Below, piece by piece: positions 9,901-17,700 of a DNA stretch of 64,000 bases; the stretch's first letter is position 1, and every line of letters starts with the position of its first letter. The position numbers and the translations under genes are program-made. The stretch lies in assembly GCA_963674735.2 (NCBI GenBank), contig CAXXQS010000002.1, positions 672,001 through 736,000 on the forward strand. The letters run 5' to 3'. The notes beneath the pieces were generated by a model, which saw only the letters and a program-made list of their open reading frames with translations, was not told where the DNA came from and did not search any database. The DNA is from Myxococcota bacterium. GTDB taxonomy: Bacteria; Myxococcota_A; SURF-8.

Positions 9901-11104
9901 CCTCGGCCACGCAATCGACATAAGCCCCATCGCGACAAAACGACGTTTCGGGCGCGCAAAGCGCCCACACACAATAGCCGCGCTCACAAAAACGTCCCCC
10001 CTCGCAGGCCGCCTCTTCGTCCCAGGCCAACCCATCGGCATCACAAAGTTCCGGAACCCCATCCGTACAGCGCCGTAGGCCGGGCAGACAGATTTCGACG
10101 CAGATGCCATCGGCATCCATCCAGCCTTCGGGGCACTCTTCCGCTCCGCGACCGCTTATCGCGATCACCCGTTCGGGAGCGGCCGGATCGTCGCTTTCCA
10201 CGACCAACCAACCAACCACCGGCCCGGTCTCACTGGGAGCGAAAGCCACTTCCACCACCGCGCCCTCGCTGGGCAGGTATTCACCGGACTCGAAGTCGTC
10301 ACTCAGGCTGAAGGCGGAATCGGAGTCGTCATGCAGCGATACCGCATTCAGATTGAGAACCGCATTACCCGCATTCCCGATGGCCACCGGCAACCAAGCC
10401 GTTTGACCCGGCTCGACGAATCCGAAGTTGAGCGGCATGGGATCGGCGTAAAGGACCGGCAACCCGACACCGCAGTTGACATCGATGCGCAAATCGAGGA
10501 TTCCCCCCTCGGCGTCGTGACCCACCACCCGCAAACCGCCATCATGACGACCGGCATTCTGGGGCTCGCAGATCAGACCGCAAGACACCTCGTCACCCGG
10601 TTCCAAGACGAACGGCGGACTGCAATCGGCAGCCAAACGCAGCGCCGAACTCGACGAGGCCAGCCATTCAACGGAGGTAATGGTGACATCGGGGGAATCC
10701 GTGTCTGAGATGTTTTCGATGGTGACATCAAGATCGGAAATCTGACGGATGGGTACCAATCCAAAATCGATGGGATCCGGAGTTATCACCAACTCGGCGT
10801 CGGACAGCTCACCGTCTATTTCATCGGTATCGGTGTCGCCATCGGCGTCCGGCTCTTGATCGACATCCACATCGCCGTCGTCGCCATCGACAGGTGCGTC
10901 GTCCACATCACCATCGTCGCCATCGACAGGGGCGTCGTCTACATCGCCATCGTCGCCATCCGTATCATCGCCATCGGAGTCGACGCCATCGCCATCGCTG
11001 GTATCACCATCGACGTCATCGCCGCCGCCACCGCAGGCGAAAACCAAGAGGGCCAGCAAAAAGGCCATACCGACCAGAATCGGCCACGTCGATCGACGTC
11101 GCAT
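3995..11104 (-). CDS. Giant (~2370 aa) Cys-rich surface lipoprotein: DGD acidic linker, two choice-of-anchor D/ASH-like Ig domains, dozens of CDDGNPCTxDxC (Dictyostelium CTDC-type) repeats
   Basis: GAGGAGG SD before MRRRSTW; lipobox VFAC; PIDFG and PLNFG…GNAGNAVL…SDDP Ig motifs; continuous Cys repeats to the C-terminus. Confidence 0.85.
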   Translation of the reverse strand: MRRRSTWPILVGMAFLLALLVFACGGGGDDVDGDTSDGDGVDSDGDDTDGDDGDVDDAPVDGDDGDVDDAPVDGDDGDVDVDQEPDADGDTDTDEIDGELSDAELVITPDPIDFGLVPIRQISDLDVTIENISDTDSPDVTITSVEWLASSSSALRLAADCSPPFVLEPGDEVSCGLICEPQNAGRHDGGLRVVGHDAEGGILDLRIDVNCGVGLPVLYADPMPLNFGFVEPGQTAWLPVAIGNAGNAVLNLNAVSLHDDSDSAFSLSDDFESGEYLPSEGAVVEVAFAPSETGPVVGWLVVESDDPAAPERVIAISGRGAEECPEGWMDADGICVEICLPGLRRCTDGVPELCDADGLAWDEEAACEGGRFCERGYCVWALCAPETSFCRDGAYVDCVAEGDDVENADDCDDGKFCTQNRCTPGIGCQNPKDVRPCDDGQVCTDEDCSEIRGCFYPFNTADCNDEDPCTQADRCVRGQCVGAVDDCDDGKPCTADTCDPQTGCAHTPIEGVCNDRDACTENDRCEAGECVGDTRVCDDGNACTRNECDAVRGCIYPAKNEACDDGNPCTGGDSCSSGSCRGSLADPSDGLFCNGPEVCDPESGVSSPYPVGCNDGIACTVDSCQEGTNRAECVHTPNDLACEDNNPCTSPDECVPGQGCSHQAVADNSPCDLIPGITEICLDGQCVAPCDTDADCRDFIDCTYDYCDESSGYCRHESRSDICDDGQWCNGVEICDVLFGCRNGDPIDCADPFNCTADACDELNDRCVHESRDLLCDDFNLCTADVCRAGEGCVFLPVEGSCDDGDPCTLLDRCSGGVCGASGVRLVCEDGNPCTYERCVAGVGCVSEYASGSCDDGQFCTDPDICIEGVCVGEPRDCDDGQTCTGDEICTEEEGCVSNGDISCDDGVACTQDHCADDLFGCEFTPIHERCEDNNPCTIEDLCTLEGCTYVLAEDNTGCGNNLLGPMVCLDGYCAAKCNNDNDCDDEIDCTEDTCNTAIGRCVHTAVDDRCFDTNWCDGEESCHPTLGCLDGEPIDCDDETNCTLDECDNELQDCTHTPDDGACVSATVCRAGYCTENDCAYVNVEGACNDADPCTVGDTCVSGRCVGTPFDCDDGNPCTAGACTASGCVFTALADYTACGDPGGLPRLCLAGVCVASCLGDGDCDDGVGCTVDFCNPVTLTCEHRDADELCDDGLLCNGVETCDPVQGCLAGEAVVCEDAIACTHNYCNESTGDCEIDYLDAECEDGNPCTDEVCTEAGCESEPNFNVCDDGNLCTTDDACDAQGDCVGEELDCTDGSVCTSDFCHPLIGCYYQDNPAACSTTNVCRRASCDDGQCLVSDLAGPCDDGLRCTVGEACATGACRSGWALDCDDHNPCTNDGCSEAGGCTHTPVADGGSCNLWGIGLESVCQAGFCVLRNCQVDSDCDDGVACSAETCNSATGRCEYVPDHGACDDGLVCTGSEICAPFVGCISDQEVDCDDGIACTRDRCDEGQGGCVHDAENLACDDGEFCTADVCNPSTGCESTLLSGLACDDGDPCSVNDTCTEGVCGGVARDCNDDNPCTDPDECSPLWGCLNTPVSDGAACDNDGVCISGQCAGACLLDADCDDGVACTVDVCDPIWGRCRYLADNALCDDGAYCNGVETCHLAFGCQAGRPIDCNDGVPCTEDRCDEESRQCLFTPNDQLCDDGNPCSDVTCDPDAGCVRHFLNDELCATGDLCAPEGLCANGICIPGDPIDCGEETPCLWNGCHPAIGCFSHFRNNAGNCAEDDICAYEGSCVNGTCEITVPVDCNDQNPCTEDLCNPFGDPQQPCQHNSRNGESCNDNNACTTGDVCAGIFCGGTTIDCDDDDPCTVETGCSSTSGCQYGHAEDGTSCEIAEVGPGVCADGICVRECQVPGDCDDGLTCTEDTCEEGVCQHSLQCPDGNFCEGPASCTAQGCVYIDPPDCDDGLACTVDRCDVGTDACVHDPMHETCNDDNVCTTDICWPPYGCVNEKQTGDACDDGDPCTAQSVCMAGFCVGSGAVDCNDFNPCTADSCTAEESCLHEPLTGTACDDGDPCSSDDRCQAGVCAGDPRLCESDNPCMAAACDPTGRCVLTPLTGIACESDNLCAAAAQCLDGVCTVTETIVCDDADPCTVDVCLAESGCTGIKVNGLPCDDENVCTVGDVCVDGMCEEGALELDCEDGNPCTIDTCAVGTGCTRQNAPDESACDLIPNVPEACIDGACIPYCTTAGQCNDKIVCTVDTCDSESHLCVNTPDDLSCDDGNACNGLENCVVGSGCQAGEPVVCDDEIDCTDDLCDPSSGDCIAVPQDFLCDDGVVCTENTCDEETGCQLILRHDRCDDDDVCTDDACDAVSGCTNVDNGTCAP
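10868..10960. repeat. 36-bp imperfect tandem repeat (~2.6 copies) encoding DGDDGDVDDAPV
   Basis: Units begin at 10868, 10904 and 10940. Confidence 0.8.
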
Positions 11105-11302
11105 CACAACCTCCTCATCGTCCGGCTTTGAAACCGAACCTGCGTAAAACAAAAGGGCTCGCCTACCCATTGCGGGTATTTGACGGCCCATCGTTTCCAA
11201 TCCATCGAACCGCACCGCTTGCGGGCGCAGATGCCTTGTCGCTGACTTGTCTTTTCATCTTGCCCGTATCTTCACCGAAATGCAAACGGATTATACCGTA
11301 AG

Positions 11303-13132
11303 TCACTCAACCGTAACGGATTTCGCCAAGTTACGCGGCTGATCGATATCGGTCCCCTTGAAATCGGCGACATAATAGGCTAAAAGCTGCAATGGAATCA
11401 CCGTCAACAGCGGTTCCAGTTCTTCTTCAACCAATGGGATGGTCACCACGTCGCGCACGCGGTTTTGAATTTCTTCATCGCCCTCGCTGGCCAGGGCGAT
11501 AATGGTGGCTCGGCGCGCTTGAGCTTCTTCCATATTCGATAAAATCTTATCGTGGATGCGGTTGCGCGTCACAATCGCCACAACCGGAAGCTTTTCGTCG
11601 ATCAAGGCGATGGGTCCATGTTTCATTTCGCCAGCCGGGTAGCCCTCGGCGTGGATGTAGGAAATCTCTTTGAGTTTCAGCGCCCCTTCCAGGGCGATGG
11701 GGTAGTTGATCCAACGGCCGATGTAGAGGAAATCCGACACCTGGTGATAACGTTCGGCAATGATCTTGACCTGTTCTTCGTTTTTCAGGATATCTTCGAT
11801 CAGAGCTGGAATTCGGATCAATTCCAACAGTTTATGTGCGGCCTTGCGGGAATCCAATTGTTCCCGCACGCGGGCGCAGTAGATCGCGAACAGGTACAAA
11901 ACGGCCAACTGAGTCACGAAAGCCTTCGTGCTGGCCACCCCCACTTCCGGTCCGGCGTGGGTATAAATCACGTAATCGGACATTCGTGGGATGGACGACT
12001 CGACCACGTTGCATATCGAGAGGATACGCGCCCCGTTCTCCTTGGCGATTTGCATGGCCGCCAACGTATCGGCCGTCTCACCCGACTGACTGATGGCCAC
12101 CACCAACACCCGCTCATTGATAATCGGGTTGCGATAACGAAACTCGGAAGCCAGATCGATCTCGACCGCAATGCGCGCCTGACGCTCGATCCAGAACTTG
12201 CCCACCAGCGCCGCATGCCAACTCGTTCCGCAGGCCACGATCACGATGCGTTCGAGGCCGTCGAGATAATCCTTTTCAAGCTCGAAACCATCCAGGCTCA
12301 CCTCGCCGCGTTCAAGCGAGATCCGCCCACGCAAGGTGTCGGCAATGGCGCGCGGCTGCTCGTGGATCTCCTTGAGCATGAAATGCTTGTAGCCGCCCTT
12401 CTCCGCCATGGCGGGTGACCAATCGATGCGCTTGACCGGCCGCTCCACCAGACTGCCATCGAGCCGCATCACCTGGACGTCCGCACCCGTCAGCACCGCC
12501 AGATCGCCGTCATCGAGGAAAATCATATTCCGCGTGTGATTCAGAATGGCCGGAACATCGGAGGCCACGAAACCGGCTTGTTCGCCAAGCCCCAGCACCA
12601 GTGGCGACATATGGCGCGCCACCACGATTTTGTCCGGCTCGGTTTCGGATACGACCGCAATCGCATAGGAGCCCTCCACGGATGAAAGAGCCCCGCGCAC
12701 CGCCGTGGTCAGGTCCGCACCGCGATCCAATTCGCGATGGATCAAATGGCTGATGATTTCGGTATCGGTTTCCGACTGGAAGCGTCGACCTTCGGCGGTC
12801 AATTCCTGACGCAATGTCAGGTGATTTTCGATGATGCCGTTATGCACCACGACCACCGGTCCGGCCTTGTGCGGATGAGCATTTTGCTCAGATGGCGCGC
12901 CATGGGTGGCCCAGCGCGTGTGACCGATGCCCAGCGATCCCGGCAGCGGTCGCTCGGAAAGGGCGGCTTCCAGATTGGTCAACTTGCCTTCGGCACGCAG
13001 AATGTCGATCTGCGTTCCATTGTAAACGGCTAGGCCAGCCGAGTCATAGCCGCGATATTCCAGATGTTTCAGGCCATCGATCAGGATCGGCGTGCACTCT
13101 TCCTGTCCGACATAGCCGACGATTCCACACAT
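11303..13132 (-). CDS. glmS: Glutamine--fructose-6-phosphate transaminase (isomerizing)
   Basis: MCGIVG N-terminus, GHTRWATHG, SQSGETADT, C-terminal PRNLAKSVTVE. Confidence 0.98.
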   Translation of the reverse strand: MCGIVGYVGQEECTPILIDGLKHLEYRGYDSAGLAVYNGTQIDILRAEGKLTNLEAALSERPLPGSLGIGHTRWATHGAPSEQNAHPHKAGPVVVVHNGIIENHLTLRQELTAEGRRFQSETDTEIISHLIHRELDRGADLTTAVRGALSSVEGSYAIAVVSETEPDKIVVARHMSPLVLGLGEQAGFVASDVPAILNHTRNMIFLDDGDLAVLTGADVQVMRLDGSLVERPVKRIDWSPAMAEKGGYKHFMLKEIHEQPRAIADTLRGRISLERGEVSLDGFELEKDYLDGLERIVIVACGTSWHAALVGKFWIERQARIAVEIDLASEFRYRNPIINERVLVVAISQSGETADTLAAMQIAKENGARILSICNVVESSIPRMSDYVIYTHAGPEVGVASTKAFVTQLAVLYLFAIYCARVREQLDSRKAAHKLLELIRIPALIEDILKNEEQVKIIAERYHQVSDFLYIGRWINYPIALEGALKLKEISYIHAEGYPAGEMKHGPIALIDEKLPVVAIVTRNRIHDKILSNMEEAQARRATIIALASEGDEEIQNRVRDVVTIPLVEEELEPLLTVIPLQLLAYYVADFKGTDIDQPRNLAKSVTVE

Positions 13133-13205
13133 GCTGCCCTCCTCTCCGGTCTCTTAGCGACGTCCTTGATATGATAAGTGCCGCCGAGCCCGCCCGAGGC
13201 TGTTA

Positions 13206-14645
13206 TTATTTCTTCTTCGCCGTCTTGGATGAACCGGTTTTGCTTGTCTTTTCAATGCCTTTGCGCTTCTCCAGTTCATCACGATAGCCGGGTTTGACCA
13301 CCACGTCGGGACGCATGACCACCAACGCACCCGGTGACAGCGGCACCCGGCCGGTAAGACTGCATCCAGCTCCCAGCACCACCCGGTCTGGAACGGTCAC
13401 CGGTGCGATAAGCTGGGTATCGGACCCCACCAAAACGTCATTTCCCACCACGGTGCGGAATTTATCGTAGCCATCGTAATTGCAGGTGATGGTCCCCGCA
13501 CCGATATTCGTGCGCCGCCCGATGACGGCATCTCCCAGGTAGCTGAGGTGATTGGCCTTGGCTCCCGGTTTGAGCGTGGTTTTTTTGGTTTCGACGAAAT
13601 TGCCGACATGGCATTCCTCGCCGATCTCGCTGCCGGGACGCAGATGGGCGAAAGGCCCTAAAATCGCCCCCGCTTTCACGCGGCTATGCTCGATGATGGT
13701 GTAGGGCTGCACCCGCACCCGGTCGCCCAACCGAGATTCCACCAGAATACTCCCCGCCTCGATGCGGCAACCGCGTCCCACCGACACCGCGCCTTCCAAG
13801 CGGCAGTTGGACTGAATTTGCGTGTCGGCCCCGATCTTGGCGCGAGCATCGATCCACACCGTTTCGGCGTCTTCGATGGTCACGCCCTTCATCATGTGGC
13901 GATAACAGATCTCGCGCCGCAGACATTTTTCCTGGTCCATCAGCTGGCGGCGATTGTTGATCCCCGAGCTTTCCTGCTCACCGGCTTGGACTCCCGCAAC
14001 GGAATGCCCCGCCGCCACGGCCAGCTTGACCAAGTCGGGCAGGTAGTATTCACCCTGGTCGTTGTCGGTGCCGATCCGCTTGAGCATGCTGAACAGAAAA
14101 CGCGCGTCGGCCACGTAGATTCCCATGTTGGCTTCGTCGATCGCCCGTTCGGCGGCATCGGCGTCGCGATGCTCCACTACGCCGCAGATACGGCCCGCGT
14201 CGTCGCGCAGAATCCGGCCATAGCCCGTAGGGTCGCCCAGATGCGCCGAAACCAAACCCAGGACCGTTTTTTGTCGCCGGACTTTGTTCACCAGAGCGGC
14301 GACCGTCTTGCGTGTCAGAAGCGGCACATCGCCCGATAAGATAATCACGTAGCCATCAAAGTTTTTCAGCGCCTTCTCGGCCATCAACACCGCGTGACCG
14401 GTCCCGAGTTGTTCGGATTGCAAGACGGTTTCGACTTGGTCGTCGAACGTGGCCGCCAGGTGCGCCCGTACTTGCTCGGCTTGATGTCCCACCACCGCGA
14501 TGGTGCGCTCGCATTTCATCGCCAAAGCCAACTCCACCGGATAATCGATCAGCGGACGCCCCATAATCGGGTGCAGCACCTTGGCCAACTGCGATTTCAT
14601 GCGGGTTCCCATACCGGCCGCTAAAATGATCGTGGCGAGTTTCAT
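13206..14645 (-). CDS. glmU: Bifunctional UDP-GlcNAc diphosphorylase / glucosamine-1-P N-acetyltransferase
   Basis: ILAAGMGTRMKS, QLGTGHAV, GNFVETK, HLSYLGDA, TCNYDG. Confidence 0.97.
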   Translation of the reverse strand: MKLATIILAAGMGTRMKSQLAKVLHPIMGRPLIDYPVELALAMKCERTIAVVGHQAEQVRAHLAATFDDQVETVLQSEQLGTGHAVLMAEKALKNFDGYVIILSGDVPLLTRKTVAALVNKVRRQKTVLGLVSAHLGDPTGYGRILRDDAGRICGVVEHRDADAAERAIDEANMGIYVADARFLFSMLKRIGTDNDQGEYYLPDLVKLAVAAGHSVAGVQAGEQESSGINNRRQLMDQEKCLRREICYRHMMKGVTIEDAETVWIDARAKIGADTQIQSNCRLEGAVSVGRGCRIEAGSILVESRLGDRVRVQPYTIIEHSRVKAGAILGPFAHLRPGSEIGEECHVGNFVETKKTTLKPGAKANHLSYLGDAVIGRRTNIGAGTITCNYDGYDKFRTVVGNDVLVGSDTQLIAPVTVPDRVVLGAGCSLTGRVPLSPGALVVMRPDVVVKPGYRDELEKRKGIEKTSKTGSSKTAKKK

Positions 14646-14707
14646 GTTCTTCCCCTTATCGATTCGCGGGTCGCAGCGCAGCGGACGGTCTCACGATTGC
14701 GGATCAC

Positions 14708-17700
14708 TTAGCCCTGGTTTTTAAGCAAGGCCGTGCGTAACGGGGCCAGATCCTTCTTGATATCCGTCGCACTCTGATACCGCTTTTCTTTGTCCTTCTC
14801 CAGACACTTGAGAACGATCCGCTCCAGCGCTTCCGGCAGGCTCGGATTGTAGCGCGTCGGGGCCGGAGGCGGCGTATGAAGGTGATGATAGGCGATATCG
14901 CCCTTGGTGAACGGCAAGGTGCCGGTGGCCATCTCGAACAGGGTAACACCGAAGGAGTAAATGTCGGAACGGTGGTCAACCCCCACGCCTTCCACCTGTT
15001 CGGGCGACATGTAAAGCGGAGTGCCGCGCACCACGGTTTTGTCCTGCACGGCTTCGGTCATGATTTTAGCCAGACCGAAGTCCATGATCTTCACTTCGCC
15101 TTCGCTGGAAATCATGATGTTGGACGGCTTGATGTCGCGATGCACCACGTTTTTGTTGTGGGCATATTCGAGCGCCGCACAAATCTTGAGCGCGATCACC
15201 ACGGCGTTGTTGACCGTCAACCGCCCTTTCTCCATCACGAAGTCGGCCAGCGAACGGCCGTTCACGAATTCCATGGTGATGAAGTAATTGTTGCTTTCCT
15301 GACCCACGTCGTAAACCGTGACGATATTGACGTGATTGAGCGCCGCCAGCGATTTCGCTTCGGAAAGGAAATACTTGAGCGAAGCGGGATTTTCCTTGAT
15401 GGCGTTGGCAACCGTTTTGTAAGCCACCTCGCGATCGAGAGCCGTATCACGCGCCTTGTAGACAATCCCCATCGCGCCGCGTCCCAGTTCCTGATCGAAA
15501 ACATAACGATTGGAAACCGGCGTCTGACTGCCCGGCGGTGGTGTTTGATAAGCCCCCGCCAGCCCCGAAACGCTGGAGCGATACCCGGGGAAAGGCGGCA
15601 AGGTGCCGGGCGGCACGGCGGTGCCGTATTCCTGACGTTCGCGATCGATCTGTTCGAGCAGATTCTGCACGCGAATATTGACGTCGGCGTAATTGTACTT
15701 CACCGTCTGCAAACGCTCGAATAGGGCGTAAGCTTCATGCACCATGCCCTGTTCCTGAATAAGCACGCCGAATTCGTAGAAGCGCTCGATCTCGCCCTGA
15801 TCGAACTGGGCGTTCTCGACCACTTTGTGATACACGCTGCGGGCCAATTGATCTTCGTTCTTTTCGATGAAGATTTTGCCCATGATGAGCGAGGCTTTCA
15901 GGAAATCGGGGCTATCCGGTCGCACCTGCTGGCAGGCATGCACGGCCTCGTCGAGCAAACCGAATTTCTTGTAGCCTTCGGCGGCCTCGCAGAAGCGACC
16001 CGCCTTCTCCAGCAGGTTGAAAATCTTGACATTCGACCCCAGACGTTTATACAGCTCGGCGGCCTTGAGATACTGCGCATCCATCTCGAAAGCTTCGGCC
16101 GCCCGTTTCACGTCGTTGGCGTTGAGGAAGCATTCCCCGGCGTCCTGATAACGGCGAGCCCGATAATAGGCTTCACCGGCCTGCTGATAATTTTGCAGGT
16201 GTTCGTGCAACTCGCCGATTTTGTCCCAGGCACTGGCTTTTTCGAAAGCCGCCAAAGCACGCCCGATGTCGCCCCGATCCTCCCAGTACGCCCCACGGCG
16301 TCGATTGGCTTCGTCAAACAAGCGCAAGCCTTCGAGGGCATCCGCTTCCAAAAGCGGTTCTTCGGCATACTTGAACATCTCGACGGCCTCACGGTGGTTG
16401 CCCGCCTTGAGATAGCTGATTCCGTAGACTTTGTAGGTAAGTGCCTGATTGCCGGACTTCTGGCACATCTCCACCGCCCGATCGTACTCTCCCGCCCGCA
16501 GATAAAGCTCGGCGGCATCGTTGAAGCGGTCGTTCTGCTGCATCTGCCTGGCCTTGGCCAGATACTGCGCTTTGGAAGCGCTCGACCCCAGTTCGGCTTC
16601 CGCTTCGAACAGATTGTCGACCGGATCTTCCGTGTGGGTATCGAAAACATCTTCCAGATCCACCGGTCGGGAGCTCGACATACCCAGCGGAACTTCGCTG
16701 GGCGAGCGTTGCACCACCGGCGGCGTAACGCCATCGAGGATGTCATCGGCCAACTCGATGGGTTCGGGCGGCGCGGTGCTGCGCGAACCGGACGCCATAG
16801 CGCCGGGATGGGGCGGCACGTTGGGAATCGGCGGCTGACCTCCCAACGGTGCGGCATCCAAGCTGCTTTCGTCGAGAATCGGACGCGGCACCGGAGGCAT
16901 GTTGGCTTCGACATCCGCTTTGGGTTGCAGACGCAGTTCGATCTGTTTAGGGGTCGTATCGGTTATTTCGAGCTGATAGACGGCAGCCAGATCCCGATAG
17001 GAAGCCAACACGCGATACATGCCGAAAGGCAGATAATAATCGACCGGTTCTCCCAGAATGGAAACTTTGGTGAAAGCCGGATCGTCATTGACTTCGACCG
17101 TCGCGCCACCCACTTCGACCATTTTCTGGACTTCGCGCGTCACCTCGCGTTCGTCGTCGCCGTCTTTTTCCTTGACGGTTTCGACCTGCATGACGGTTTC
17201 GACGATACGGACCTCGACATAGGCCTCGTTGGTTTCGAGGCTCACTTCCAACTCAGCGGTTTTGTCCTTCTCCACCCGCACGCGCCGGATCAATTCATGG
17301 GAACCGATCGGCTTGCTGGTATCGAGATTGACCATGATACCCACCACATGCACATGATGGCGACCGGTCGGAATCCCGGTAAGCAGAATCTGGTTGCGTT
17401 CGGCCAAGCCGATCATACGGCTGCTGGACTTGAAGAATTTACGGATTTTCTTCTCGGTATCCGCTCGATTTCCCAGCCAGGGAAGCTTCATCAGTTTTTC
17501 GATATTGAAAGGCTGTTCGAGGGGCTTGGACGATAACCGCACTGCGAAGTAACCCTCTTCGAATGTACGATCGTAATTGAAACGAATGCTTACTCGACCG
17601 CGACCGATACGCAGATAGAAGAAAACGGCAGCGCCGAGCCCGATGATAAGCAACAGCGGGAGCAGAATCAGGCCAAAATTGAATCCCATCAATTCTTCAA

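Noticed and set aside
3995-10100. Recurring GTGCAGGGATTGCCGTCGTCGCA-like DNA as a CRISPR or non-coding repeat
   Set aside because: Degenerate at third codon positions and in frame (CDDGNPCT); no cas genes.
11170-11215. c-di-GMP-I (GEMM)-like fragment ATTGGAAACGATGGGCCGTCAAA on the minus strand
   Set aside because: Has a GAAA tetraloop but lacks the upstream GGCAAACC and the second stem.
4036-11301. Many long alternative-frame and antisense ORFs over the giant gene (also antisense to the kinase and porin, e.g. 15737-17536 and 31011-32549)
   Set aside because: Shadow ORFs from high GC and biased codon use; no recognisable motifs or SD.
13133-13205. glmS ribozyme between glmU and glmS
   Set aside because: Only 73 nt and lacks the AGCGCC…GACGAGG core.
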